Origin: Methanobacteriota archaeon
Lineage (GTDB): Archaea; Halobacteriota; Bog-38; Methanoflorentales; Methanoflorentaceae
Direction of reading: 5' to 3'
Length of the DNA stretch: 64,000 nt
NCBI GenBank assembly: GCA_963719035.1
Contig: CAVRAO010000006.1
Location: 1 to 64,000, forward strand
In this document: positions 22,021 through 32,460 of the stretch, one piece after another
How positions within the stretch are numbered: the first letter of the stretch is position 1
Layout: each line of letters starts with the position of its first letter
Notes under the pieces: generated by a model
The model's database searches: none
What the model saw: only the letters and a program-made list of their open reading frames with translations
What the model was told of the DNA's origin: nothing
Program-made: the position numbers and the translations under genes

Positions 22021-22208
22021 CCTTCCAATCAATCGGGTAGCATTGCTCTCGTCTATGCCTTCCGACTCAGCAGCCGCTGATCAGGGTTTTCTCGAGTCTT
22101 GCGGCTCTTTTTACAGCAGCATAGCGGTCTCTGACGAGTAAGCGGGCTTATATAAAGACTCTTATACTCGCGCGAAAAAGTAGAGGGCAACACAACGTTG
22201 GCAATGCT

Positions 22209-22778
22209 ATGGCCCAGATAAAGCGTCGCTTTAACGCCGGAGCGGTATTTGCTTTAGTGTTGCTCATGCTTGCGCTTTCAATTCACGTGACCTTAACGCC
22301 TAGCAGTGCCTCGCTCGTGTCGACGCACGCTACACCCGCCACAACTACACCCCAACCGCTTTTTTCTGCAGCTCATACGAGCAACGTTCCCGCTCTTGTC
22401 GCGGTGTCTTACCCGGGCATAGTGCGCTTTCTAATTGCCCAAAACGACATTCCCGACGTTTTGGTCCCCTCTGTTGTGCCGTCAGCCGAGCCGACGTTTG
22501 CACAGGCTAGCCCGACCCCACAACCGGCCAAAGTCTCAACGAACGTGAGTAAAAATACGACGCAAAATAGCACCGGAACCGGCTTTGATCTTGGCAAAAT
22601 TGTCGGTAGCATCTCACCTTTCTTCATTATTGCACTAATTCCGCTTCTTTTCGTTATCGGGGCCTTATTTTATTTCTTTTTTATGGGAGACCAAGAGCGC
22701 AGAGTTTCTGACGAGGATCAAGAGGCCGACGCCGAATTAAGCAACGCTAGCGAAGAAACCGGATGGCGTGAGCTCTAA
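22209..22778 (+). CDS. Hypothetical single-pass surface protein
   Basis: Signal-like N-terminus, S/T/P-rich middle, TM helix, acidic tail. Confidence 0.6.
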   Translation: MAQIKRRFNAGAVFALVLLMLALSIHVTLTPSSASLVSTHATPATTTPQPLFSAAHTSNVPALVAVSYPGIVRFLIAQNDIPDVLVPSVVPSAEPTFAQASPTPQPAKVSTNVSKNTTQNSTGTGFDLGKIVGSISPFFIIALIPLLFVIGALFYFFFMGDQERRVSDEDQEADAELSNASEETGWREL

Positions 22779-23039
22779 GCAGCCCTCGATCATCCGAATT
22801 GATCTGGCGATTGGACGCGACAAGCAACTTTCAAAGCCCACGAAGTGCAACACCTCTGTGAGCCGGAAGCTTCAAATTGTAAAGAAACGGCTGCCGCATA
22901 GACTGTCTAGCATCGATTATACGGTTTTTTTCGTCCAAACGGGTCAATTTATAAAACGTTATATATTGTGCGGATCATCAGAAAGCTGCGTAACAATGCC
23001 TGCCGCGCGCAACGGCCGTATTGAACGCGGGATAATGCG

Positions 23040-23306
23040 ATGTCAGACAAAGAGGGCATCTTAAAGCAAAGCATTGAAATTCTCGCCCGCATTGTCGGCG
23101 ATGACTCAGTGCCAAGAAACATCCGCCGCGCTGCAGACGAAGCGAAGACTCGGCTGCTCAATCGAGAGGATTCTGACACAGTGCGAGCAGCATACGCGAT
23201 TTCTATACTCGACGATATCAGCAACGACCCCAACATGCCCCTCCATACAAGAACGCTCATTTGGAACGTAGTAAGCCAGCTTGAGAAGGCAATGGAAGGA
23301 CAATAA
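23040..23306 (+). CDS. UPF0147 family protein
   Basis: [12 protein letters not shown]...[13 protein letters not shown]. Confidence 0.95.
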   Translation: MSDKEGILKQSIEILARIVGDDSVPRNIRRAADEAKTRLLNREDSDTVRAAYAISILDDISNDPNMPLHTRTLIWNVVSQLEKAMEGQ

Positions 23307-23608
23307 CGCAACTCAGATGCGTCTTGAGGGGAAGAAGCGAACTGACCAGACTTTTCCCGCGTACTTTTTTTGACTACGTGGACAGAAGTCGTCCTTGCTA
23401 GCCGTTCAACGATAAACAAGAAGACGTTTATCTGGTGATTGTGACTTGCCCATATTGGAAAACAACCTTGAGGTCATTTTTTCAAATTTAGAGCTGAATA
23501 CGGGGTGCAAAAACCTGCTCCGTATACGCGAAAGAGGAATAATAATATATTATAACATACGAGTAGATTTTGCGCTTCTTCTAGCGTGTTGCAATACAAG
23601 GTGACCTC

Positions 23609-23920
23609 ATGGACGTCGACGAACAGGCAAAGAAGATAAAAGACTGGGCGAAGCGATACGCAGAAAAGAAAGGAATCGAGCTTAATCCGGACGAGGAACG
23701 GGTTGACGAGGTCGCAAAGGGCCTTGCCGTCAGGCAGGAGAAGTTCGGCAAGCGATACTGTCCGTGTCGCATCATCACCGGAGACGCAGAAGAGGACAGA
23801 AAAATAATTTGCCCGTGCGTTTATCACGAAGAAGAGGTCAGAGAGCACGGGATGTGTCATTGTAAGCTTTTTAGCGCGAAGAACTCAACTGAGGGAGCTA
23901 GTAGTGAAACTGAAACCTAG
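23609..23920 (+). CDS. Ferredoxin:thioredoxin reductase catalytic subunit-like protein
   Basis: LNPD, YCPCR, ICPCV and CHCKLF (CPC/CPC/CHC signature). Confidence 0.93.
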   Translation: MDVDEQAKKIKDWAKRYAEKKGIELNPDEERVDEVAKGLAVRQEKFGKRYCPCRIITGDAEEDRKIICPCVYHEEEVREHGMCHCKLFSAKNSTEGASSETET

Positions 23921-24332
23921 TGTGCGGTACGTGGCGATTCTTGCTGTAGTATGCCTCCTGAGTGTCGGAATGAGCGGATGTATCAGTCAGTCAGGTTACG
24001 AGTTTAAAAGCGGAATAACGCCTCCCAAAGCGGTTAGCGACTTAATGAAGAACGGAACGGTCATCCTATTCATCACGCAGAACAACTGCCCTACGTGCGA
24101 GCAAGTACGCCCGATGATAGCTGATCTTCAAAAGCAATACAATGGCACAAATGTGACGTTTGCAACCTTCAACATCGACAACAACACTACGTCAAGTAAC
24201 GTCGGCCGAGTGTATGGCGTGAGCGCGACCCCGACAACCGTTGTGTTACGCAAGGACGGAGCTGCCGCGATCTTCGTGGGTGTCTTTGACGAGAACACAG
24301 TAAAAAGCGCCATTGAAGACACACGCAAGTGA
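23904..24332 (+). CDS. Exported (lipoprotein) thioredoxin
   Basis: Hydrophobic N-terminus ending GMSGC; CPTC active site; ATPT cis-Pro loop. Confidence 0.88.
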   Translation: MKLKPSVRYVAILAVVCLLSVGMSGCISQSGYEFKSGITPPKAVSDLMKNGTVILFITQNNCPTCEQVRPMIADLQKQYNGTNVTFATFNIDNNTTSSNVGRVYGVSATPTTVVLRKDGAAAIFVGVFDENTVKSAIEDTRK

Positions 24333-24357
24333 CACACGTCACTGAGGAGGCGCGCAA

Positions 24358-25020
24358 ATGGAAGTAAATCCACTGATCGCATTCGGCGCAGGGCTTATTA
24401 GCATTTTTTCTCCCTGCGTGTTACCCTTGCTACCCGCCATAGTCGCCTCATCAACGAATCGCGGCAGATACCGGCCTATCGCCATCGTTCTTGGTCTAAG
24501 CATATCGTTTACGACCATGGGCCTCGTTGCATCAGCTTTTGGGGCCGTGTTTGCAGCGTTTAGCTATTATCTCTTCGCAGCGGCGATAATCTTGATTATC
24601 GCAATGGGGTTTTGGATGCTCTTCGATCTCCATTTACCCTACAACACGCCGCGATTGGGCATTATTGACAGGGTGTCAAGAAAAACGTACGATATTCCGA
24701 CTGAAGGGATAGCCAGCGGGTTGGCGTTAGGGCTAGCACTCGGGATCGTGTGGCTTCCGTGCACCGGGCCGGTCTTAGCTACCATACTAACATGGGTGGC
24801 TGCAAACGGCGACATGGCCACAGGCGGACTACTGCTCATGATCTACTCTCTCGGTTTTGCTGTCCCTATGCTCGCTATTGCTTATTCGGCTCGCTTTTCG
24901 TCGTCTCTCGTCGGAAAATCGTCGAAGACCATTTGGATCAAGCGCGTCGCCGGAGTAGTGCTCATTGCCGTCGGTGTATACTTGGCCCTCCCTTACCTCA
25001 CAATGCTTACGCAAATGTGA
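24358..25020 (+). CDS. ccdA: CcdA/DsbD-beta transmembrane disulfide reductase
   Basis: SPCVLP and LPCTGP redox cysteines; about 6 TM helices. Confidence 0.93.
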   Translation: MEVNPLIAFGAGLISIFSPCVLPLLPAIVASSTNRGRYRPIAIVLGLSISFTTMGLVASAFGAVFAAFSYYLFAAAIILIIAMGFWMLFDLHLPYNTPRLGIIDRVSRKTYDIPTEGIASGLALGLALGIVWLPCTGPVLATILTWVAANGDMATGGLLLMIYSLGFAVPMLAIAYSARFSSSLVGKSSKTIWIKRVAGVVLIAVGVYLALPYLTMLTQM

Positions 25021-25551
25021 AATGGTTCTCTCCTTAAAGTGGCGTCTTACCAAGCATCGCCTTGTACAAAAGAAACTAGTCGCGCCGGCGATGTAAGCTA
25101 TAAAAGTCGATCACCGCAAGTCGCTAGAAAGAGTGGGGGCAGGCTAATTCGTCATTGTGCGAGTTGTCCGAAAGAGGAGAACAAATTCCGCTCACAATCG
25201 CCAGAGCTACCCTGATAACGGGTAGATAAAGATCATCTTTCAAGAAGTGGGGCTTACCACGAAGAAACTGCGATGCATAGAACAGGGTAGCGAGATAGAA
25301 GTTCTTGTTGGCCTTTCGGCTCGCTTAACGTGGGAAAATGAGGGGCCGCTGTTCTCGTTTCCGGCCTCTGAACTGCGGCTACGGGAAGGCGGCAATGCCC
25401 GGTGACGAGATGGATGCGAGCCGGGCACTGAGTGGTAGTCCAAGTGCGTAAGGTAAAAAGGGTATAGGTTCAATTGGTAGGATACATTACAGATCATCGA
25501 TGGAGTGAAAAGATTGTTCTGTGTCAAAATTGCCGAGGCAGGGTGGGAATT

Positions 25552-26721
25552 ATGAGCACGCTTGTTGCGCACAAAACAAAGGGTATCGTGATCGCCGTTG
25601 TAAAGGAACAGATCCCGGGCGAACTACGCGTTGCGACCGTGCCCGAGGTAGTCCAGAAACTCACAAACTCAGGATACGAGGTCCGAGTCGAGCACGATGC
25701 GGGAGCTGGAGCCTTCTACCCAGATGACCTCTACGTTGCAGCCGGTGCGACGATCGCGCCCGGTCGGGCCGAACTGCTGGACGGTGCAACGATCGTATTG
25801 TGCGTACAGCCCCCGGCAAAAGCCGATGTAGATATGCTCGTAGAGGGCACGATCGTAATCGGGTTCATGAACGCGGAAAACAACCTATCAATCGTTGCAC
25901 GTATGCGCGACCGCAAGGTCACCACTTTTGCCCTCGAGCTTGTCCCGCGGATCACCCGTGCCCAGAGCATGGACGCACTCAGTTCCCAAGCAACTGCCGG
26001 CGGGTACGCAGCAGCGATACTCGGCGCCAACTACTGCCCCAAGTTCCTCCCGATGCTGACAACGGCCGCGGGCACGATCCGGCCGTCAACAGTGCTCATC
26101 CTCGGTGCGGGCGTTGCCGGTCTCATGGCGATCGCCACCGCCAAGCGCCTTGGCGCCATGGTCGAGGCATATGACGTCCGGCGTGCCGCAGGAGAACAAG
26201 TCCGGAGCCTCGGCGCAAAATTCCTTGAGCTTGAGATCAATGCGGAAGGCCAGGGCGGTTACGCCCGCGAGCTCACGCCGGAAGAGAAGGTGAAGGAACA
26301 GCAGATGGTGTCTGCCGCGGTGGCACGGGCTGACATCGTTATCACGACGGCCAGCATCCCCGGCCGGAAGGCGCCGGTCCTGATCACGAAAGAGACGGTA
26401 GCAACGATGCGTCCCGGCGCTGTCATTGTCGACCTTGCCGCCGAATCGGGCGGCAACTGCGAGCTGACACAAAGTGGAAAGACCGTAGAAGAGCACGGTG
26501 TCACGATCGTGGGCCCGCAGAACCTCCCGTCCCGAGTCGCGTTTCACGCAAGCCAGATGTACGCAAGGAACCTCCAATCGTTTCTCTCGCTCCTTGTTAG
26601 TGAGGGTGGGGCGCTCACCCGTGAGTTCACTGACGAGATCCTAGCATCAAGCCTCCTTGTGAACGCAGGCGACGTGCAGCATAAACCCACGCTTGACCTC
26701 ATCAGCAGAGGGGGACTATGA
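25552..26721 (+). CDS. pntAA: NAD(P)+ transhydrogenase alpha subunit part 1 (dI)
   Basis: RITRAQSMDALSSQ, GAGVAGL, GGYARE, DLAAESGGNCE. Confidence 0.96.
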   Translation: MSTLVAHKTKGIVIAVVKEQIPGELRVATVPEVVQKLTNSGYEVRVEHDAGAGAFYPDDLYVAAGATIAPGRAELLDGATIVLCVQPPAKADVDMLVEGTIVIGFMNAENNLSIVARMRDRKVTTFALELVPRITRAQSMDALSSQATAGGYAAAILGANYCPKFLPMLTTAAGTIRPSTVLILGAGVAGLMAIATAKRLGAMVEAYDVRRAAGEQVRSLGAKFLELEINAEGQGGYARELTPEEKVKEQQMVSAAVARADIVITTASIPGRKAPVLITKETVATMRPGAVIVDLAAESGGNCELTQSGKTVEEHGVTIVGPQNLPSRVAFHASQMYARNLQSFLSLLVSEGGALTREFTDEILASSLLVNAGDVQHKPTLDLISRGGL

Positions 26722-27029
26722 TCGAAATCACTGCGTTCTGGACCGCTATCTACATCGCGATGCTGGCGGCATTCACCGGTTACGTTGTCATCAGCCGTGT
26801 CCCCGTCATCCTACACACACCTCTCATGAGCGGCTCGAACTTCATCCACGGGATCGTGCTCGTTGGGGCGATGGTAGCGCTCGGGCTTGCCACGACGGCG
26901 ACAGAGCAGGTGATCGGGTTCATCGCGGTAGTTCTCGGGGCAGCAAACGTGACCGGCGGTTATGTTGTCACGGAACGGATCCTCCAGATGTTCGACCGCA
27001 GCGGAAAGAAGCCCGGCAAGGGGTCGTGA
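26718..27029 (+). CDS. pntAB: NAD(P)+ transhydrogenase alpha subunit part 2 (membrane)
   Basis: LHTPLMSGSNFIHG, NVTGGYVVTERILQMF. Confidence 0.95.
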   Translation: MIEITAFWTAIYIAMLAAFTGYVVISRVPVILHTPLMSGSNFIHGIVLVGAMVALGLATTATEQVIGFIAVVLGAANVTGGYVVTERILQMFDRSGKKPGKGS

Positions 27030-27030
27030 C

Positions 27031-28416
27031 ATGGCGGACCTCTCCTTTGTCATCGAGCCCGTATACATCGTGACGATCTTCTTCTTCATCGTCGGCCTGC
27101 AGCGGATGAGCCACCCGCTCACCGCCCGGAGCGGAATCGTCTGGGCCGGCGCCGCGATGCTGATCGCAACGCTCGTCACGTTCTTTACCCCGAATCTCAC
27201 TAACATCGCCCTGATCGCGATCGCGATAGTGATCGGCGGCGGCTTCGGCTATATAGCGGCCAAACGCGTGGCGATGACCAACATGCCCCAGATGGTCGCA
27301 CTTTACAACGGGATGGGGGGCGGCGCGGCAGCCGGGATCTCGGCAGTCGTGCTCCTTGGCGCCACCACGGCCACCACCGGCTCACTTGCAGTCGTTGGTG
27401 GCCTCATAGGGGCTGTCTCGTTTTCCGGCAGCCTCATCGCATTCCTGAAGCTGCAGGGCTGGATGCCATCGCGGCCAGTTACTTTCACGGGCCAGCAGAT
27501 CGTTAACATGGCAGTCCTTGTCCTCGCCATCGTTGCCGGTGTGTTCGTCATCCTGCAGCCCCCATCAATGCCACTTTCCATGAGCATATTCCTCCCGCTC
27601 TTCTTCATCCTCGCTCTCAGCTTCGGGCTCCTCATGACGCTCCCAATTGGCGGGGCGGACATGCCCGTCGTGATCTCAATGCTCAACGCCTTCACCGGCC
27701 TGGCCGTTGCGCTTGACGGGTTCTCGTTTGCCACCCCCAACTATGCGATGATTATAGCAGGCGTCATTGTCGGTGCTGCGGGTTCGCTGCTCACGCTCCG
27801 GATGGCTAAGGCAATGAACCGCTCGCTTACAAACGTCTTCTTCGGAGCGTTCGGCGCAACGGAGGAGCAGGCAGGGCAGGTATCGGGCAGCATGAAAGCG
27901 ATCGAGGCCGACGACGTTGCTGTCATGCTCGCCTATGCGGACCGGGTCATCATCGCCCCCGGCTACGGCATGGCAGTCGCCCAAGCCCAGCAGAAAGTGA
28001 AGGAGCTGACCGACCTGCTCGAGAGCAGGGGCGTGCAGGTGAAGTTCGCGATCCACCCGGTTGCCGGACGGATGCCCGGTCACATGAACGTCCTCCTTGC
28101 CGAAGCAGGGGTTGACTACGACCACCTCTTTGACCGCGACGAGGTGAACCCTGAGTTCCCCAGCACGGACGTCGTCCTTGTCATCGGGGCCAACGATGTC
28201 GTGAACCCGGCGGCGCACCGGCAGGGCAGCCCGCTCTTCGGCATGCCAATCCTTGACGTCGAACAGGCAAAGAATGTGATTGTCCTAAAGCGCGGGCAGG
28301 GGAAGGGCTTTGCGGGGATCGAAAACGACCTGTTCTACCGGGATAACACGCAGATGCTCTACGGCGATGCGCAGGAGACGGTCGGCACGCTTGTGCAGGC
28401 CCTCAAGAAACTCTGA
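27031..28416 (+). CDS. pntB: NAD(P)+ transhydrogenase beta subunit
   Basis: MPQMVALYNG, IGGADMPVVIS, PGYGMAVAQAQ, HPVAGRMPGHMN, GANDVVNP. Confidence 0.97.
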   Translation: MADLSFVIEPVYIVTIFFFIVGLQRMSHPLTARSGIVWAGAAMLIATLVTFFTPNLTNIALIAIAIVIGGGFGYIAAKRVAMTNMPQMVALYNGMGGGAAAGISAVVLLGATTATTGSLAVVGGLIGAVSFSGSLIAFLKLQGWMPSRPVTFTGQQIVNMAVLVLAIVAGVFVILQPPSMPLSMSIFLPLFFILALSFGLLMTLPIGGADMPVVISMLNAFTGLAVALDGFSFATPNYAMIIAGVIVGAAGSLLTLRMAKAMNRSLTNVFFGAFGATEEQAGQVSGSMKAIEADDVAVMLAYADRVIIAPGYGMAVAQAQQKVKELTDLLESRGVQVKFAIHPVAGRMPGHMNVLLAEAGVDYDHLFDRDEVNPEFPSTDVVLVIGANDVVNPAAHRQGSPLFGMPILDVEQAKNVIVLKRGQGKGFAGIENDLFYRDNTQMLYGDAQETVGTLVQALKKL

Positions 28417-28693
28417 ATCCGACGGAGATCTGCGAACCTGTTTGCAACACGTTATTCCCGCTGAAGATGTTTCTAACAAGCCGCAATCATTATCTTTACA
28501 ATAGGTGTCTCAACAAAAGCAGCCCGGGCGATTAACGTGGTCCTAAAACAGGGCGCGGGGGCGATAACAGCGTAAAAAATGACTGACGGAGTTGCTTTCA
28601 AGATAACGCGTCTAAATCGGATTACCTTGCAGAAAATATTTAATTAATCACCGGGATACTATAAATTGCAATTACAGGAGTGTTTTTTTTAAG

Positions 28694-30625
28694 TTGTCCC
28701 AAGCTGAAGAGGTCGTTACGGAAGACCAGAGTGCAGACAAAACCGAACACAAAGGGTCGGCTTTGCTAGGCGGCATGGACATTGCGGTCACTGACGAGAT
28801 CAAAGTGCCCTCAATGCTCGTTGATCAAGTGATCGGACAAGAACAGGCCGTTGAAGTGATACAAAAGGCGGCAAAGCAACGACGCCACGTTATGCTTATC
28901 GGCTCTCCGGGCACCGGGAAGTCAATGCTCGCTCGAGCCATGGCAGAATTGCTCCCTAAGGAAGAGTTGCAGGATGTCCTCGTTTATCACAACCCCGAGG
29001 ACAGCAACACCCCTAAAGTACGTATAGTGCCATCAGGGAAGGGTCGGCAAATTGTCGATGCACACAAACGGGAAGCGCAAAAAAAGATCCAGTTCAGGAA
29101 TATGCTTTCGATGGTGCTGGTTTTTGCGATCGTTGGCTATAGCTTTGCGATTAATCAACCGATAATGGGCATCATTGCCGCTGCTATGCTCTTCATTGCA
29201 CTGCGCTATATCACGCCTCGCGAAGATGTGCTTATACCTAAACTCCTCGTCGCGAATGATGGCGAGGATACCGCGCCCTATATTGATGGTACAGGGGCGC
29301 ACGCGGGAGCGCTACTCGGTGACGTGCGGCACGATCCTTTTCAATCGGGGGGGCTTGAGACGCCTGCGCACGACCGTGTCGAGGCAGGAGCGATCCACAA
29401 GGCAAACAAAGGCGTGCTCTTTATCGATGAGATCAACACGCTCAGAATCGAATCACAACAGCACCTCCTCACTGCACTTCAAGAGGGGGAATTTCCTATT
29501 ACCGGGCAATCCGAGCGCTCAAGTGGCGCCATGGTAAAGACAGCCCCTGTGCCGTGTCACTTTGTGATGGTCTCTGCAGGAAATCTCGACGCAGTAAAAG
29601 GCATGCATCCCGCACTTCGCTCGCGTATCCGCGGTTACGGTTATGAAGTGTACATGCGCGACTCCATGGAGGATACGCCAGAAAACCGACGAAAACTCGT
29701 GCGCTTCGTCGCCCAAGAGGTAAAAAAGGACGAGAAGATACCTCACTTCACTGCCGATGCTGTTGAAGAGATCATCCGCGAGGCGCGACGAAGGTCGGGA
29801 AGAAAGGGACACATCACGTTGATGCTCAGGGACCTCGGCGGGCTCATCCGCGTCGCAGGAGACGTCGCCCGGGCCGAAGGGGCTGAACACACGACTGCTG
29901 AACACGTTATCGATGCGAAGAAAATGGCGCGATCAGTCGAGCAGCAGCTCACCGATCACTATCTCGAGCGCCGTCGAGACTATCAGATGTTTCGGAACAC
30001 CGGCGCAGAGGTCGGGCGCGTCAACGGTCTCGCCGTGATGGGTGATGATTCGGGTGTCGTGCTGCCTATCGTTGCGGAGATCACCCCTGCACAGTCAAAA
30101 GAGGAGGGTCGCGTCATCGCGACCGGGTTGCTCAAAGAAATCGCTCTTGAGGCCGTCCAAAACGTTTCTGCGCTCATCAAGAAGTTCTCAGGCCAAGACA
30201 TTACAAACAAAGACGTGCATATCCAGTTCATTGGCACCTATGAGGGGGTAGAGGGCGATTCGGCGTCAATTTCAATAGCAACAGCCGTCATCTCAGCGCT
30301 TGAGAATGTTCCGGTGGATCAGTCCGTTGCAATGACAGGATCACTCTCGGTGCGCGGAGAGGTGCTGCCCGTCGGCGGCGTAACGCCAAAGGTTGAGGCA
30401 GCCGCTAAGGCAGGCATTACGCGTATACTTGTCCCGAAGGACAACGAAGGAGACGTCATGATCGAGAAGCACTATAGAGATATGGTGCAGATTATCCCTG
30501 TCAGTACGATCGGTGAGGTTCTCGAAAACAGCCTTATCGGTCGAAAGCGTGACGGGTTGCTTGAGCATCTCAAAAAATTCACGACGCACGATCTGACGGG
30601 CTATTCGAGCGCGGTCCCTCAGTAG
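28694..30625 (+). CDS. lonB: Archaeal membrane-bound Lon protease
   Basis: GSPGTGKS, TM insert, DVRHDPFQSGG, LFIDE, EGDSAS catalytic Ser, VGGVTPK. Confidence 0.97.
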   Translation: MSQAEEVVTEDQSADKTEHKGSALLGGMDIAVTDEIKVPSMLVDQVIGQEQAVEVIQKAAKQRRHVMLIGSPGTGKSMLARAMAELLPKEELQDVLVYHNPEDSNTPKVRIVPSGKGRQIVDAHKREAQKKIQFRNMLSMVLVFAIVGYSFAINQPIMGIIAAAMLFIALRYITPREDVLIPKLLVANDGEDTAPYIDGTGAHAGALLGDVRHDPFQSGGLETPAHDRVEAGAIHKANKGVLFIDEINTLRIESQQHLLTALQEGEFPITGQSERSSGAMVKTAPVPCHFVMVSAGNLDAVKGMHPALRSRIRGYGYEVYMRDSMEDTPENRRKLVRFVAQEVKKDEKIPHFTADAVEEIIREARRRSGRKGHITLMLRDLGGLIRVAGDVARAEGAEHTTAEHVIDAKKMARSVEQQLTDHYLERRRDYQMFRNTGAEVGRVNGLAVMGDDSGVVLPIVAEITPAQSKEEGRVIATGLLKEIALEAVQNVSALIKKFSGQDITNKDVHIQFIGTYEGVEGDSASISIATAVISALENVPVDQSVAMTGSLSVRGEVLPVGGVTPKVEAAAKAGITRILVPKDNEGDVMIEKHYRDMVQIIPVSTIGEVLENSLIGRKRDGLLEHLKKFTTHDLTGYSSAVPQ

Positions 30626-30665
30626 TCTTTTTCCGTGTGTGCTACACACCATTGAGGCGGTCTTC

Positions 30666-31640
30666 ATGCTAGAAGAGCCGTTGCCGCTCTACCGAACGGC
30701 ACAACTCACGTATACCAACGCTGACCTTAGCGCGACGACTGACGAACTGTGGCAGATTCACGATCTTTTTACAAAAGGAGAGCGGCAGAGTGATGTCGTT
30801 GTCAGTCCCTCCCTTCTCGATTTAAAGATCGAAATCGCGCACCGGATACAGCGGAATTGCCATTTCTGCGAGCGCCGATGCTCCACAGAGAGAGCCCAAA
30901 AGCCTGGATTCTGCGGGGTTGTGGAGTCAAAATACTCTTCAGAGTTCCTTCACTACGGCGAAGAACGCGAACTCGTGCCATCGCACACTATTTTTTTCAC
31001 GGGCTGCACCTTAAAATGCGTCTTCTGCCAAAATTGGGATATTGCACGACATCCAAATGCCGGTACGGTCTGCGACCCGCAGGCGCTTGCACGGAGGATA
31101 TACGCGCGATCGATCGCAGGCTCACGTAACGTTAACTGGGTAGGAGGAGATCCGACCCCTCACATTAGCGTCATATTGGAAACGATGCGCGCCCTCTCCA
31201 TGCTCGAGCGAGAGAGCGGGGTTGATGCACGATTCTTGCACGTACCGATGGTTTTCAACTCAAACGCGTACTACTCCACGGAAGCTTGTAAACTCCTCGA
31301 TGGCGTGATTGACGTTTATCTGAGTGACTTCAAGTATGGCAACGACGCGTGTGCACATCGGTATTCGAACGTCGACAATTACGTAGGGACCGTCACGCGT
31401 AATTTGCTCGCTTCTAAAGACAAGCTTATGATACGTCACCTGGTGATGCCTGGCCACATTCAGTGCTGCACCGAGCCGATCGTCGGATGGCTGCGTGAGA
31501 ACGCATCAGACGTCAAGTTCAACCTCATGTTTCAGTACGCGCCGTACAACGTCGTTAACTACCCCGAGATGAACCGTTACGTCAGCAACGCTGAGCGACG
31601 CGCAGCTTTGAACATCGCAAAGGGTTTAAACCTTATTTGA
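30666..31640 (+). CDS. Radical SAM protein (PflX-like)
   Basis: CHFCERRC; HYGEE; GCTLKCVFCQN; VGGDPTP; DFKYGND; RHLVMPGH. Confidence 0.9.
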   Translation: MLEEPLPLYRTAQLTYTNADLSATTDELWQIHDLFTKGERQSDVVVSPSLLDLKIEIAHRIQRNCHFCERRCSTERAQKPGFCGVVESKYSSEFLHYGEERELVPSHTIFFTGCTLKCVFCQNWDIARHPNAGTVCDPQALARRIYARSIAGSRNVNWVGGDPTPHISVILETMRALSMLERESGVDARFLHVPMVFNSNAYYSTEACKLLDGVIDVYLSDFKYGNDACAHRYSNVDNYVGTVTRNLLASKDKLMIRHLVMPGHIQCCTEPIVGWLRENASDVKFNLMFQYAPYNVVNYPEMNRYVSNAERRAALNIAKGLNLI

Positions 31641-31653
31641 GTTACCTTGCAGT

Positions 31654-32409
31654 ATGGGGACCATAACCCTCATCTCTGACTTCGGCGCCTATTATCCGGC
31701 GATCATGAAGGCAGCTATCCTGGATATAGCCCCTGACGCCACAATCATCGACGTAACTCACGACATCACCCCTGAAAATGTGCGCGAGGCGGCCTTCATA
31801 CTCCGAGAAACGGTCAAAAACTTCCCTAGAGGCACGGTGCACATTGCTGTTGTCGACCCTACTGTCGGCACTGACAGACGTGGCCTCGTCATCGCAGCGG
31901 GAGGACATTATCTTGTCGGTCCCGATAACGGAATTCTGATCCCCGCAGCGCGCTCATTAGGCGATTTCGAGGTGTTTCGAATCGAAATGGCAGCGAAGTC
32001 AAGCACGTTTCACGGACGAGACGTCTTCGCACCTGCCGGGGCACACTTAGTAATGGGTCGCCTGCAACGCCTTGCGCCCACGCCGACTTATGTCGACCTT
32101 CTCCTCCAAGAACCGCATTCGTCTGAAAACGCCGTTTCAGGAACCATTTTATATGTCGACCGGTTCGGCAACTGCGTGACGAATATTCCTGGAACGTTGA
32201 TGATACAGCGCTCAGGCTTTGGCAGCTTACATCACCTCAACGGCGTCACAATGATCCAGTTTGTGCAGACGTACGACGAAGTGGCTCAAGGGCACCCTTT
32301 GCTCACTGTAGGGAGCTTTAACTTAATAGAGATCGCCGTGAATAAAGGTAGCGCTGCAACTGAGCTAAATCTGAAGTTGGGCGACCAGATCTCGCTGGAA
32401 AGGCGGTAA
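31654..32409 (+). CDS. SAM hydroxide adenosyltransferase (DUF62, chlorinase/fluorinase family)
   Basis: TLISDFG, DVTH, VVDPTVG, GPDNG, STFHGRD, VDRFGN. Confidence 0.93.
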   Translation: MGTITLISDFGAYYPAIMKAAILDIAPDATIIDVTHDITPENVREAAFILRETVKNFPRGTVHIAVVDPTVGTDRRGLVIAAGGHYLVGPDNGILIPAARSLGDFEVFRIEMAAKSSTFHGRDVFAPAGAHLVMGRLQRLAPTPTYVDLLLQEPHSSENAVSGTILYVDRFGNCVTNIPGTLMIQRSGFGSLHHLNGVTMIQFVQTYDEVAQGHPLLTVGSFNLIEIAVNKGSAATELNLKLGDQISLERR

Positions 32410-32460
32410 CGCTTTTGCCAAAAAACGAAATTTGTCGCAGAATTTTATGAGCGGGTGCCC

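Noticed and set aside
25100-25550. Hairpins upstream of pnt (CTACCC/GGGTAG, TGCCCGG/CCGGGCA) as a riboswitch or IS end
   Set aside because: Short stems expected by chance, with no recognisable aptamer consensus or transposase remnant
31654-32409. Fluorinase or chlorinase activity
   Set aside because: The motifs fit the widespread DUF62 SAM hydrolase group, and there is no halometabolite gene context
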